A stretch of DNA of 64,000 bases from Alphaproteobacteria bacterium (GTDB taxonomy: Bacteria > Pseudomonadota > Alphaproteobacteria > UBA828): assembly GCA_965214705.1 (NCBI GenBank), contig OZ243972.1, forward strand, positions 3,520,001 through 3,584,000. Reading direction: 5' to 3'. Numbering within the stretch: the first letter of the stretch is position 1; each line of letters begins with the position of its first letter. The notes under the pieces are model-generated. The model made no database searches and was not told the origin of the DNA. It worked only from the letters and a program-made list of their open reading frames with translations. Position numbers and translations under genes: made by a program. Positions 18,416-29,361 of the stretch are shown here, piece by piece.

Positions 18416-18763
18416 ATGCCTCGACTCCTGACCCTCGAGGAAGCCGCCGCCGAGCTTGGCGTGTCGGCTCGCGGACTACGCCGCGATGCTGAGCGGTTGG
18501 GATTCCTCGTCAAAATAGGCCGCGCCGTCCGAATCGATCCAAACGATCTGGGGGAGTTTGTGAAGCAATGCCGCGTAAATCCGAAGGAGCAAGACTGTAC
18601 CGCCGTTCCGATGCCCGTGGTGCCGGAACCTACGAAATTCGGGACGGCTCACGACGCATCAGCACGCGCACTAGCGACCGCCGACGCGCTGAGGAAGCCT
18701 TCGCGCGGTACATCGCGACACGGGGACGGCCCTCCACCGGCCCCCGTGATCCCGTTCAAGTGA
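18416..18763 (+). CDS. Excisionase-like HTH protein
   Basis: MPRLLTLEEAAAELGVSARGLRR...LVKIGRAVRIDPNDL; overlaps the integrase start. Confidence 0.75.
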   Translation: MPRLLTLEEAAAELGVSARGLRRDAERLGFLVKIGRAVRIDPNDLGEFVKQCRVNPKEQDCTAVPMPVVPEPTKFGTAHDASARALATADALRKPSRGTSRHGDGPPPAPVIPFK

Positions 18764-19607
18764 CGGTCGCCGAGGCGCTTGAGATCTACGCGACCGAGCG
18801 GGCGCCACACGTCAAGGACCCCGCCCGCATCGGCGATTGCATTCGGGCACTGGTGCCGATCCTGGGGCCCTGCCCTTGTCGAGCATCACTGGCGAGGTTT
18901 GCCGGCGGTACGGCAAGGCACGCGACCGGGCGCCCGGCACGATCCGCAAGGAACTCAGCACCTTGCGGGCGGCGATCCGGCATTGCCACACCGAAGGCTA
19001 TATTACCTCCGCGCCGGGCGTACGACTCCCGGCCAAGCCGGCGCCTCGCGACCGCTGGTTGACCCGCGACGAAGCGGCGAAGCTCGTGCGCGCCGCCTAC
19101 CGCAACCCCAAGGCGAAGCATCTGGCGCGCTTCATTCTCGTGGCGCTCTACACCGGCACGCGCACCGACGCGATCCTGCGGCTCGGTTTCTCGCCGTTCG
19201 GGGGCGGCGGCTGGGTGGACTCCGAAAGGGGCGTGCTCTACCGGCGCGGGCCGGGCGAGGCCGAGACCAAGAAGCGGACTCCACCCGTGCCTGTCCCGCC
19301 GCGCTTGCTAGCACACCTGCGGCGCTGGGAGCGCCAGGGCGGCCGTTTCGTCGTCGAGGCGGGCGGTGCGCGTGTGGGTAGCCTCAAGACAGCGTGGCGC
19401 ACGGCGCTGGCGGCATCGGGCATCGAGCATTGCACCAAGCACGACTTGCGACACACCGCGATCACTTGGGCAATGCAAAAGGGTGCCGATCGCTGGCACG
19501 CGGCCGGGTTCTTCGGCCTGACCGTGGAACTGCTGGAGACGACCTACGGACACCACCATCCTGACCACATGCAAAGTGCGGTGGAAGCGATCAACCGGCG
19601 AGCGTGA
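18568..19607 (+). pseudogene. Phage-type tyrosine integrase with a single frameshift
   Basis: YTGTR, HDLRHT and YGHH catalytic motifs; one extra G in the run at 18864-18867 would join the two ORFs (LVPILG-ALPLSSIT). Confidence 0.88.
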
Positions 19608-19610
19608 TCG

Positions 19611-19632
19611 TTTCCGCACGCGCGTGCGGAAA
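19611..19632. repeat. Perfect 22-bp palindrome just after the integrase stop
   Basis: TTTCCGCACGCGCGTGCGGAAA. Confidence 0.7.
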
Positions 19633-19713
19633 TACTACCGCTGAAAGGCAACGAAGGGTTTTAAATGCTGGAATACCCTCCATGATTTCAATGGTTTAGC
19701 GCGCCGGGAGGAT

Positions 19714-19759
19714 CTTCGGGAGGCGGGGGTCGGTGGTTCAAATCCACTCACTCCGACCA
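19714..19759 (+). other. att site: 3' half of tRNA-Pro(CGG), island boundary
   Basis: CTTCGGGA anticodon loop, GGTTCAAATCC T-arm and CACTCCGACCA end; no acceptor-stem 5' strand or D-arm upstream. Confidence 0.88.
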
Positions 19760-20208
19760 TTCGCTTCAAGCACTTAGCCGCCTCCCGACCTTCTCCGGAA
19801 CCCTCCGTCCCCGCACATCTTTGCGAAAACCCACCATTCGGCCCACCATATGCGTTCCGGGACGATGCTCGCTCGGCACCTAGTTCGTATCTCTACGAAA
19901 GCAAAGCCCCGAGAGAGATGACAGCTAGGCACCAACCGACAACCGTCGCGGCCAATCGAACGCGAGGTCTCCATACTTGGATATTCCACCCCAACGTAAC
20001 GGTTTCGCGGAGCGAAAAGTCGTAGGTGAACCGGGGCAGCCATCTGGGGTTGACGATCCCCACTGCATGGCAAAAGAGATACCTCATCCCGTATGCTCCA
20101 TTTCTCAGTGTACTTTTCCTAAGCCGCATGGGCCGTCCCCAACGACTCGAATGTTCCCGTATTGTACCTCAATCTCCCCTGCATTTTCAGTGCTGTCGGT
20201 TCGCATCA

Positions 20209-22411
20209 CAGGGCAAATTTGTCCAAGCGGCTGGTAGGCAGTTGAGTTCTGGCCACGGGTTGTGCGGATCGGCTTTGTTGCGGGGTTTGCGGCGGGGTCT
20301 GGCCGAGCATCCGGTTCGGTCAGAGGGTTCTGGCATTACCGTGTGGGCGGTGCGGGCGGTGCCGTCGCGATTTGGCGGTGCCCCGACATGATGGATCGCG
20401 CCACCGGCGTGGTCGGGAGCGAGGGCAGGTACGATCTTTGCGCCCGGCTTGCCGGGCGCCGGGGTTCAGGCCGGCGCGGCGCGCTTTGCGGTCCTCGGCT
20501 GGGTGTTCCCGGTCATTTTCAGGAAGTCGAGGACGGCGCGGACGTTGCGGGCGAGCCTGCGCACGGTCGAGGCGACCTCGAGCCCCCGGCCCTTGATCAG
20601 GCCGATGGCGAAGCGCCGCAGGCGGGTCATGTTCTCGGGGCCGAAGCCTGTGCGTATGCGGCTGCGGTCCTCGTCCCAGGTCCAGTCGAGGCAGTGGTGC
20701 GAGCTGTTCTCGATGCACCAGTGGCCGCGGTTGAGGGCGAGCAGGCTCTGCGCGTTGGCCGTGCCGGGCGTGTGGCTGGAGATCCCGTAGGCGGTCTCGG
20801 TGCCGGTCTCGCCGGTCTTCTTGTCCTGGCGGGAGCGCTCGATCATGAAGACCTGGCCGACGCCCGGGAAGTCGAGAAAGCCGTTCAACTCCGTGCTCGT
20901 CCAGATTGCCCGCTGCTCGATGCGTCCGTGCGACAGCGCGGCCTCCTCCTCGAAGTCGGGCTCACGCTCCGGCGCCTCTTCGAAGAGCAGCGTCACATCG
21001 TCCCGCATGGTCTTCTGGTTCCCTTTCACGATGAACATGAAGTGCGCGCCCCGGTCGAGCAGGTAGCGGGCGAACTTGCGCTGGGTTAGCAGCGCGTCCG
21101 TCGTGACCGTCTTGCCCGCGATGTTCGGGATCAGGTCCACCAGCGCCGTCACGGTGCCGATCTCGTTGGTGCGCTTTGTCTCCTCGTCGGCCCCGACTTT
21201 CAGGAGAAGTTTTTTTGGGCGAGCGTGGCCTTGGTCTCGTGCCCGACCGCGCTCATGACATGAGCCTGGGTCCCGTCCTCGTCGATGGCCCCCCTCAGGG
21301 TCTTGCCGTCGATGGCAAGCGCCGCGTCGCCTGAGCCGTGGGCCTCCTGCCACTTGCGCAACGCCTCGTCCAACTGGTCCGGGTCCACCCGGATCACCAC
21401 ATTGCGGATGGTCGACATCGAAGGCGGCCGGCGCACCCCGTCGCGCAGCCGCACGCCGAAGCGGGCCAGCGCCTTCTCGCCGAGATCGTCGACCCACTCG
21501 GAGATGGCCTTCCAGCCTCGCATGCCGCAGAGCGTCGCGCCACTCGCAAGCGCGAGCACGCTGGGCAGCGAATGCCGCCGTCCCTTGCGCGTGCGGGGGT
21601 CGTCGATGTCCTTGAAGTAGGCGTAGAGCGACTCTTGCTGAGCGGCGCTGATCATGGTTCTCGGAACTCCTTTCTTCCACAACTCCCGATCCAGCCCGGC
21701 AGCGGACAGCCGGCGGCAGGCGTCGGGAACCAGGGGGCGCAGCAGCACAAGCTTCGGCGTCGAGCCGGCGACATAGCCCGAGCGGTGGCGCCGGAAGCCG
21801 CGGGTCTGGCCGACCGCCAGCCATCCAGCCGCCCGGTAGACCGTGCCCCGGAACCTCGCCGCGTCCACGAATGTTTCCAGCATCAGCACGGGGTGGCCGA
21901 AGCGGGCCGGCCAGTCGCGCGCCAAGCGCCGCGCGCAAAGCCCCAGCACCCGCGAGCCGAGGTTCGGAACACCCCGTCCCGGCAGGATCAGGAAGCGCGC
22001 GTTGTTCGCGATCAGATGCAGCCGCCCGTGCTGCGTGCGGAAGTCCCAGCCGATCCACTCGTCCCGCGCCCGGCACTTGCGCGCCGCAGCCGAAAACACG
22101 GCCAGCGCCAGCCACTCGCCGCGCCGATGGGCGACGTACCACGCCGTCGCCCCCACCTTCGCAGACGCACCCAGGTAGTGATGCCCCTCCATCAGCGCGC
22201 GGAACCGGGCCTCGTCCTCCGGCCGGACAGCAGCGACATCGACCTCGGAAAGATCCACCGTAGAAACCGTCCCCCTGCTCGAAGCCGATCCGCAGCAGAA
22301 CACCGCGAATCCAGTCGCCTCAATCCATAGCAGGGTTGGCGCGCGCTGACCAGACCCAAGGTCAACTCGTAGCGCAGAACTCAAAAATCAGGCTTGGACA
22401 AATTCGCCCTG
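20209..22411 (-). mobile_element. ISAs1-family insertion sequence
   Basis: 20-bp IRs CAGGGC(A/G)AATTTGTCCAAGC (19/20 match); 10-bp GTTCGCATCA target duplication (20199-20208, 22412-22421). Confidence 0.93.
20466..22258 (-). CDS. DUF4338-fused ISAs1 transposase, two ORFs joined by a probable -1 frameshift
   Basis: HHYLG, NNARFLILP and ETFVD (DUF4338), DPR..GRRH and IDGKTLRG in ORF1; NEI, DALLTQ, VKGNQ and RGHWCIEN in ORF2; A7 run at 21210-21216. Confidence 0.85.
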
Positions 22412-22602
22412 GTTCGCATCAACTTGGCACCGGCGACGCCGGACGGGACGTTCCCCATGCCGGGCGATGACTGTCAGGCCGACGCGTCAGCATCCGAGTA
22501 GGTCCCAGCTTGGAACAGGGCGCGGGCTTGCTCTAGACTGACCGGTAGAGGGAGTTGGCCGGCTCGCCACCGGGCGGCGGGTCGGAGCAAGGGAGGACAT
22601 GG

Positions 22603-23466
22603 ATGAAACCGCCACCGTTCGACTATTGCTGTCCGGAGACCCTGGAGGAGGCGCTGGCGCTGCTCGCCGAGCACGGCGACGCCGCCAAGGTGATCGCGGG
22701 CGGCCAGAGCCTGGTGCCGATGCTCAACCTGCGGGCACTGCACCCGGAGGTGCTGATCGACATCAACCGCCTGCCGGGCCTCGATCACATTAGCCTGGAG
22801 GACGGGCAGCTCAGGGTGGGCGCGCTGGTGCGGCACAAGGCGGTGCTGGAATCGGCCGCCGTGAGCGAGGCCTCGCCGCTGATGGCTCTGGCCTACCCCC
22901 ATGTCTCTCACGGTCCCATCCGCAATCGCGGCACCCTCTGCGGCAATCTCTGCCACAACGACCCGGCATCCGAGATGCCCGCGGTGGCGCTCGCGAGCGA
23001 TGCGGAGATGGTGCTGCAGAGCACGGGCGGCACGCGCACCGTTGCCGCGGGGGACTTCTTCACGGGCACGCTCTCTACGGCGGCCGAAGCCAACGAGCTG
23101 CTGGTCGAGGTCCGCGTGCCGCGCGCGCCGGCCGGCCAGGGCGCGGGCTTTCACGAGGTGAGCCCGCGCAAGGGCGACTTTGCCTACGTGGCCGTGGGCG
23201 CGACGCTCCAGGTCGCGGACGGCACCTGCACCGGCGCGCGGATCGTCTGCGCCGGCGTGGGCGACGGGCCGCACCGGGCGCGCGCTGCCGAGGATGCGCT
23301 TGCGGGCGCGGCACCGGGCGATGATGCCTTCCGCCAGGCGGCTGCGGCGGCGGCGGACAGCATCGACCCCAACGAAGACTTTCACGCGGACGCGGACTAT
23401 CGGCGCGATCTGGTGCGTAGCCTCACCCGGCGCGCCCTCGCCGACGCCGCCTCCCGCTGCAACTGA
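22603..23466 (+). CDS. Molybdenum hydroxylase FAD subunit (CoxM/CutM-like) 1
   Basis: AGGQSL, IRNRGTLCGN motifs; GGAGG RBS. Confidence 0.93.
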   Translation: MKPPPFDYCCPETLEEALALLAEHGDAAKVIAGGQSLVPMLNLRALHPEVLIDINRLPGLDHISLEDGQLRVGALVRHKAVLESAAVSEASPLMALAYPHVSHGPIRNRGTLCGNLCHNDPASEMPAVALASDAEMVLQSTGGTRTVAAGDFFTGTLSTAAEANELLVEVRVPRAPAGQGAGFHEVSPRKGDFAYVAVGATLQVADGTCTGARIVCAGVGDGPHRARAAEDALAGAAPGDDAFRQAAAAAADSIDPNEDFHADADYRRDLVRSLTRRALADAASRCN

Positions 23467-23478
23467 AGGGAGGCGGAG

Positions 23479-23964
23479 ATGACGACGCCACGCACCGTCG
23501 AGCTTGTCGTCAACGGCGAGCACCGCGCCGGCGACGCCGAGCCGCGCATGCTGCTGAGCGATTTCCTGCGCGAGCAGCTTGGGCTCACCGGCACCCATGT
23601 CGGCTGCGAGCACGGGGTCTGCGGCGCCTGCACCGTGCTGGTCAACGGCGAGGCCGCGCGCTCCTGCCTGATGCTCGCCGTCCAGGCGGAGGGCGCGGAG
23701 GTCCGCACCATCGAGGGCCTCGGCGGGGTCGACGACATGCACCCGCTGCAGGAGGCCTTCTGGGAGAAGCACGGCCTGCAATGCGGCTTCTGTACCCCCG
23801 GAATGCTGATGACGGCGGTCGAGCTGCTTGAGAGCACACCCAACCCGAGCCTCGACGACATCCGCGAGGCGATCTCGAGCAATCTCTGCCGTTGCACCGG
23901 CTATCAAACCATCGTGGAGGCGGTGCAGGCCGCCGCCGAACGGATGCAGGGAGAGGGGCAATGA
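23479..23964 (+). CDS. Molybdenum hydroxylase 2Fe-2S subunit (CoxS-like) 1
   Basis: [27 protein letters not shown]. Confidence 0.95.
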   Translation: MTTPRTVELVVNGEHRAGDAEPRMLLSDFLREQLGLTGTHVGCEHGVCGACTVLVNGEAARSCLMLAVQAEGAEVRTIEGLGGVDDMHPLQEAFWEKHGLQCGFCTPGMLMTAVELLESTPNPSLDDIREAISSNLCRCTGYQTIVEAVQAAAERMQGEGQ

Positions 23965-26432
23965 CCCGCGAACGCCACTACATCCCCGAATCGCGTCAGC
24001 GCGAGAAGCCCAAGTCCAAGTATTTCGCCATCGGGCACAGCATGAAGCGGGTGGAGGACACCCGCCTGCTCACCGGCTCCGGCACCTATGCCGACGACGT
24101 GACGCTGCCCAACATGGCGCACGCGGCGGTGCTGCGCAGCCCCCACGCGCACGCCCGCATCGTGAGCATCGACAAGTCCAAGGCCGAGGCGCTTCCCGGT
24201 GTGCTCTGCGTCATGACCGGCGCCGAGGCGGCGGAGGTGACGGGGCCGTGCGCGGATTTCTCCAGCCCGCCGACGACACAGCACTGCATCGCCGTGGACA
24301 AGGTGCGCCACGTGGGCGAGACGGTGGCCGCTGTGGTGGCGGAGAGCCGCTATATCGCCGAGGACGCCTGCGAGCTGATCGAGGTCGAGTACGACCCGCT
24401 GCCGGCGGTGGTCGACCTCGAAGAGGCGGTGACCTCCACCGGTGATGCCGTGCTCCATCCCGAGCGGGGCGACACCAACGTGGCGCACCATCGCGTCATC
24501 GACTTCGGCACGGTGGATGAGGACTTCGCGCAGGCCGAGCTGGTGATCGAGCGCAGGCTGCGCTGGCCGCGTTCCGGCGGCACACCCATCGAGACCGTCG
24601 GCGCCACCGCGCATTACGACCGCGGCACGGGCAAGTTCACGATCCATGCCAACACCTCGATGTACAACTACGTGGGCTGGCTGATCGCCGTCTCACTCAA
24701 GGTCGAGCCCCACCGGCTCAACATCGTGCCGACCGACGCCGGCGGCAGCTTCGGCAGCAAGCTCTTCTGCCACAAGGTCTGCACGCTGGCTGGCACGCTG
24801 GCCCGCGCCGCCGGCCGGCCGGTCAAGTACCTGGAAGACCGCATCGACAACATGACCAGCGGCGACGCCCACGGGTCGGACCGCGTCTACGACGCCAAGC
24901 TCGCGCTGAAGCGCGACGGCACCATGCTGAGCATGCGGCTCAAGGTGATCGACGACTACGGCGCCTACTTCCAGTACGGCGTCGGCCAGCACGGCAACGC
25001 CATGGCGCAGGTGACCGGCCCCTACAAGATCAACAGCGTCCAGGTGGATCTCACCGCCGTGTTCACGAACAAGTGCCAGCAGGGGGCCTATCGCGGCTTC
25101 GGCTCTGAGGTCGGCAACTTCGTGATCGAGCGGCTGGTGGATGCTGCCTGCGAGGAGCTCGACATCGACCCCATCGAGATGCGCCGTCGCAACCTGATCG
25201 AGCAGGACCAGTTCCCCTACATCATGCCGACCGGCAACATGTATGACAGCGGCAACTACCAGGCCGTGCTCGACGAGGCACTCGGCATGATCGACATTGA
25301 CGGCTGGCGGGCGAAGCAGGCCGAGGCGCGCAAGGAGGGCCGCTACATCGGCATCGGCATCTCCACCTGCCAGGAGCGGAGCGTCTTCAGCGCCACCGAG
25401 TTCTGGATGTGGAACCCGAACGAGACTCCGGGCTTCACGCTCTCCAGCTCGCCGGAAAGCGTCTCCGTCAACATCGACCCCACCGGCAAGGCCTTCATCA
25501 CGCTGAACGCGCCCTTCTGGGGCAACAGTCCGGAGACCATGGCGGTCCAGGTACTGGCCGAGAAGCTGGAGATGGACCCTTCGGATATCTCCGTCGGCTA
25601 CGCCGATTCCGACAAGGGCTTCAACTCGTCGGGGCCGGGCGGCAGCCGGTTCACGGTGATGATCGCGGGCGCGGTAAGCGGCGCTGCCGACGTGATCAAG
25701 GAGAAGATGCTGCGTGTCGCCAGCCACATGCTGGAGGCGGACCCGAGCGATCTCGAATTCCGCAACGGCTCCATCGGCGTCCAGGGCGTGCCCGGCAAGG
25801 AGAAGACGCTGGCGGAGGTGGCGCTCCACGCCCACTACTTCAGGCTGGACCTGCCGGAGGACCACGACCTCACCAGCGGCATCGACGCGGCCTACGTCTA
25901 CGATCACCCGGTCACGACCATGCCGTCGGAGGACCGCACCGACCTCGGCATCTTCTACCCCATCGTCGGCCACATGTGTCACATCCCGGTGGTCGAGGTG
26001 GATGCCGAGACCGGCAAGGTCGATTTTCTCGACTACGTGGCGGTCCACGACTGCGGCACCATGGTCAACCCGATGACGCTCGCCGGCCACGTGCGGGGCG
26101 GCACCGTGAACGGCATCGGCAGCGCCCTCTACGAGCACTTCCACTATGACGAGAACGGCCAGCTGCAGAACGCGCTGCTGAGCGACTACCTGCACCCGAC
26201 CCTGATGGAGACCCCGGTGGACATCCGCGTGGGCCACGTGGAGACGCCGTCCCCCTTCACCGAGTACGGCATCAAGGGCGGCGGCGAGGGCGGGCGCATG
26301 GGCGCCCCACCGGCGATCGCTGCGGCGGTCGAGGATGCGCTCAAGCCCCTGGGCGTGAAGGTGGATTCGCTCCCGCTCACGCCCAAGGTGCTACGCGGCA
26401 TGATCCGCGAGGCGGAGGCGAACGGGGGCTGA
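23961..26432 (+). CDS. Molybdenum hydroxylase molybdopterin subunit 1
   Basis: LRSPHAHARI, GGSFGSK, AYRGFG, KGGGEGG. Confidence 0.93.
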   Translation: MTRERHYIPESRQREKPKSKYFAIGHSMKRVEDTRLLTGSGTYADDVTLPNMAHAAVLRSPHAHARIVSIDKSKAEALPGVLCVMTGAEAAEVTGPCADFSSPPTTQHCIAVDKVRHVGETVAAVVAESRYIAEDACELIEVEYDPLPAVVDLEEAVTSTGDAVLHPERGDTNVAHHRVIDFGTVDEDFAQAELVIERRLRWPRSGGTPIETVGATAHYDRGTGKFTIHANTSMYNYVGWLIAVSLKVEPHRLNIVPTDAGGSFGSKLFCHKVCTLAGTLARAAGRPVKYLEDRIDNMTSGDAHGSDRVYDAKLALKRDGTMLSMRLKVIDDYGAYFQYGVGQHGNAMAQVTGPYKINSVQVDLTAVFTNKCQQGAYRGFGSEVGNFVIERLVDAACEELDIDPIEMRRRNLIEQDQFPYIMPTGNMYDSGNYQAVLDEALGMIDIDGWRAKQAEARKEGRYIGIGISTCQERSVFSATEFWMWNPNETPGFTLSSSPESVSVNIDPTGKAFITLNAPFWGNSPETMAVQVLAEKLEMDPSDISVGYADSDKGFNSSGPGGSRFTVMIAGAVSGAADVIKEKMLRVASHMLEADPSDLEFRNGSIGVQGVPGKEKTLAEVALHAHYFRLDLPEDHDLTSGIDAAYVYDHPVTTMPSEDRTDLGIFYPIVGHMCHIPVVEVDAETGKVDFLDYVAVHDCGTMVNPMTLAGHVRGGTVNGIGSALYEHFHYDENGQLQNALLSDYLHPTLMETPVDIRVGHVETPSPFTEYGIKGGGEGGRMGAPPAIAAAVEDALKPLGVKVDSLPLTPKVLRGMIREAEANGG

Positions 26433-26477
26433 GTACGCCGCCAACCAGAGCGGCACACGCGCCAAGGGGAGGGGGCC

Positions 26478-28847
26478 ATGTATGTCGGTCAGGCGATTCG
26501 GCGCCGGGAGGATGAGCGCTTCCTTCGGGGGCGCGGCCGCTTCGTCGAGGACATCACTCTCGACCAGCCCATTGCCCACGCCGCCTTCGTTCGCAGCCCC
26601 CATGCCCATGCCGCAGTGACGCGGGTCGAGACCGCGCAGGCCGCCTCGATGCCGGGGGTGCTCGCGGTGCTCACCGGCGCGGACTGGACCGCCGCCGGCC
26701 ACGGCGAGGCCGAGGGCGTCTGGCCGGTCAAGGACATGAGCGGCGCAGACTCGCGCACCGCCTACCGGCCACTCATCTGCGTCGACGGCGTGGTTCGCTG
26801 CGTGGGTGAGATCGTCGCCATGGTCGTGGCCGAGGACCGCCACCAGGCGCTCGATGCCGCCGAGGCGGTCGAGGTCGCTTACGAGGAGAAGCCGGCCAAC
26901 ACGATCACGGCCAGGGCGCTCGATCCCGACACTCCGCTCGTGCATCCCGCATTCGGCACCAACGAGGTGATGGTCACCGAGCACGGCCTGAAAGCTGAGA
27001 CCGAGGCCGCGCTCGCGAACGCGCATCACGTGACCGAGGTCGTGGTGCCCACCAACCGCGTTACCGCTGCTTCGATGGAGCCCCGCGCCTACCTGGGCCA
27101 TTACGACCGGGTCAACGACCGCTACACGGTGTGGACCACCAACCAGGCGCCGCACATCGTGCGCCGCTACTTCACCAAATCGCTGCACATTCCCGAGCAC
27201 AAGCTCAGGGTGATCGCGCCCGATGTCGGCGGCGGCTTCGGGATGAAGCTCTACCACTATCCCGAGGAGGGGCTGGTGCTGTGGGGCGCGATCGTCTGCG
27301 ACCGGCCCGTGCGCTGGGTGGGCACGCGCTCCGAGTGCTTGCTGGGTGACACGCACGCGAGGGACCACCACACCGTGGGCCGCATGGGCTTCGACGAGAA
27401 CGGCAAGATCCTCGGCGTGAAGTTCGAGACCCTCGCCGCCTTCGGCGCCTACGAGAGCCAGTGGCAGGCGAGCATCACCAACGCCTATCACTTCACCATG
27501 CTCTCGCTCGCCTACGACATCCCGGCGATCCATACCCAGGTGCGCGCCGTCTACACCAACGCGACGCCGGTTGACGCCTACCGCGGCGCCGGCCGGCCCG
27601 AAGCCGTCTATCAGGTCGAGCGCATGATCGAGAACGGCGCTCAGGAGATGGGCATCGACCCGCTCGAGCTCCGCGCCCGCAACCTGATCCCGCCCGAGAA
27701 GTTCCCGTATCAGACAGCCCTCGGCATCACCTACGATTCCGGCGACCCGCCGGTGCTCATGGGGAAGGTCAAGGCGCTCGCCGACTACGACGCGCTCCGT
27801 ACCGAACAGGCCAAGCTCAGGGCGGACGGCCAGTGGATGGGCATCGGCATCTCGGCCTTCTTCGACATGGCCGGCGCGGGCCCGGTGAAGATGATGAACG
27901 ATCTCGGCGCCAAGGTCGGCTGCTACGACGTCGCCAGCGTCCGCGTGCACCCGGACGGGCGCATCACCGTGTTCGCCGGCAGCCACAGCCACGGGCAGGG
28001 CCACGAGACCACCTGGAGCCAGATCGCGGCCGACCGCCTCGGCTGCGACATCGACCATATCGACCTGGTGGAGGGCGATACCGACCGCGTGCCCATGGGC
28101 ATTGGCACCTGGGGCTCACGGTCCCTCTCCACCGCCGGCATGGCAGTCTATACCGCAGCTGATCGGGTGGTGGCTAAGGCTAAGCGCATGGCGGCGCACA
28201 TGATGGAGTGCGCGCCCGAAGACCTTGACCTTGCCGACGGCGAATTCACGGTCAAGGGCACGGACCGGAAGCTCTCGTTCGCGGCCGTGGCCAATGCGTC
28301 ATACCATTCCGGCGACCGTCCGTCCGATCTGGAGATCGGCCTGGAGGAAACCTCGTTCTTCGATCCCGCCGACTGCACTTATCCCTCGGCCATTCACCTC
28401 TGCGTCGTGCTGGTCGATCCCGAGACCTGCGCGGTGACGCTGCGCAACTACTGGGCGGTTGACGATGTCGGCACCGTCATCAACCCGATGGTGTTGCACG
28501 GGCAGGTCCACGGCGGGCTGGTCCAGGGCATCGGCCAGGCGTTGATGGAGGAATGCGCCTACGATGCCGAGAGCGGCCAGTATCTCTCCGGCACCTTCAT
28601 GGATTACGCCATACCCCATGCCGAGGACGTGCCGTCCTTCGGCCTCGATGCGCATTTCACGCGGGCGCTGGGCAACCCGCTCGGGGCCAAGGGGGCGGGA
28701 GAGAGCGGTACCATCGGCGCGCCGGCCTGCATCTGCAACGGGGTGGTCGACGCGCTCTGGCATCTCGGCGTGCGGCAGATCACGCAGCCGATGACGCCCA
28801 GGAAGATCTGGCGCGCCATCGAGGACGCGAAGCGGGCGCAACACTAG
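26478..28847 (+). CDS. Molybdenum hydroxylase molybdopterin subunit 2 (form II CoxL-like)
   Basis: [31 protein letters not shown]. Confidence 0.93.
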   Translation: MYVGQAIRRREDERFLRGRGRFVEDITLDQPIAHAAFVRSPHAHAAVTRVETAQAASMPGVLAVLTGADWTAAGHGEAEGVWPVKDMSGADSRTAYRPLICVDGVVRCVGEIVAMVVAEDRHQALDAAEAVEVAYEEKPANTITARALDPDTPLVHPAFGTNEVMVTEHGLKAETEAALANAHHVTEVVVPTNRVTAASMEPRAYLGHYDRVNDRYTVWTTNQAPHIVRRYFTKSLHIPEHKLRVIAPDVGGGFGMKLYHYPEEGLVLWGAIVCDRPVRWVGTRSECLLGDTHARDHHTVGRMGFDENGKILGVKFETLAAFGAYESQWQASITNAYHFTMLSLAYDIPAIHTQVRAVYTNATPVDAYRGAGRPEAVYQVERMIENGAQEMGIDPLELRARNLIPPEKFPYQTALGITYDSGDPPVLMGKVKALADYDALRTEQAKLRADGQWMGIGISAFFDMAGAGPVKMMNDLGAKVGCYDVASVRVHPDGRITVFAGSHSHGQGHETTWSQIAADRLGCDIDHIDLVEGDTDRVPMGIGTWGSRSLSTAGMAVYTAADRVVAKAKRMAAHMMECAPEDLDLADGEFTVKGTDRKLSFAAVANASYHSGDRPSDLEIGLEETSFFDPADCTYPSAIHLCVVLVDPETCAVTLRNYWAVDDVGTVINPMVLHGQVHGGLVQGIGQALMEECAYDAESGQYLSGTFMDYAIPHAEDVPSFGLDAHFTRALGNPLGAKGAGESGTIGAPACICNGVVDALWHLGVRQITQPMTPRKIWRAIEDAKRAQH

Positions 28848-28875
28848 GGCCAGAATCGGTCGCGAGGGAGAGGCG

Positions 28876-29349
28876 ATGGCAGGCGTTTCGGTAACCTTCA
28901 CCGTGAACGGCCGGGAGGTCACGGCCACAGTCGATCCGCGCACCCTCCTGGTCCACTTCCTGCGCGAGCATCTCAGGCTCACCGGCACCCATATCGGCTG
29001 CGACACCAGTCAGTGCGGCGCCTGCACGGTGCACCTGGACGGCAAGCCGGCCAAGTCTTGTGCGCTGCTCGCGGTGCAGATGGAGGGCGCCGAAGTGACC
29101 ACCATCGAGGGCATCGCCGGGCCGGGCGGGATGCACCCGATGCAGGCGGCTTTCAGGGAGCATCACGGCCTGCAATGCGGCTTCTGCACCCCCGGCATGG
29201 TGATGATGGGGATCGACATCGCGAACCGCCACGAGGCGCCGGACGAGGCGACCATCCGCCGCGAGCTGGAAGGCAACCTCTGCCGATGCACGGGCTACCA
29301 CAACATCGTCGCGTCGATCGCGGCCGGCGCGAGTTCGATGCGGGGCTAA
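28876..29349 (+). CDS. Molybdenum hydroxylase 2Fe-2S subunit 2
   Basis: [27 protein letters not shown]. Confidence 0.95.
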   Translation: MAGVSVTFTVNGREVTATVDPRTLLVHFLREHLRLTGTHIGCDTSQCGACTVHLDGKPAKSCALLAVQMEGAEVTTIEGIAGPGGMHPMQAAFREHHGLQCGFCTPGMVMMGIDIANRHEAPDEATIRRELEGNLCRCTGYHNIVASIAAGASSMRG

Positions 29350-29361
29350 GGGGAGGGGGCG

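Noticed and set aside
19680-19759. Complete tRNA-Pro gene
   Set aside because: No 5' acceptor strand or D-arm; only the 3' half is present.
26478-28847. Bona fide aerobic CO dehydrogenase
   Set aside because: Has AYRGAGR rather than the form I AYxCSFR motif; no coxDEFG nearby.
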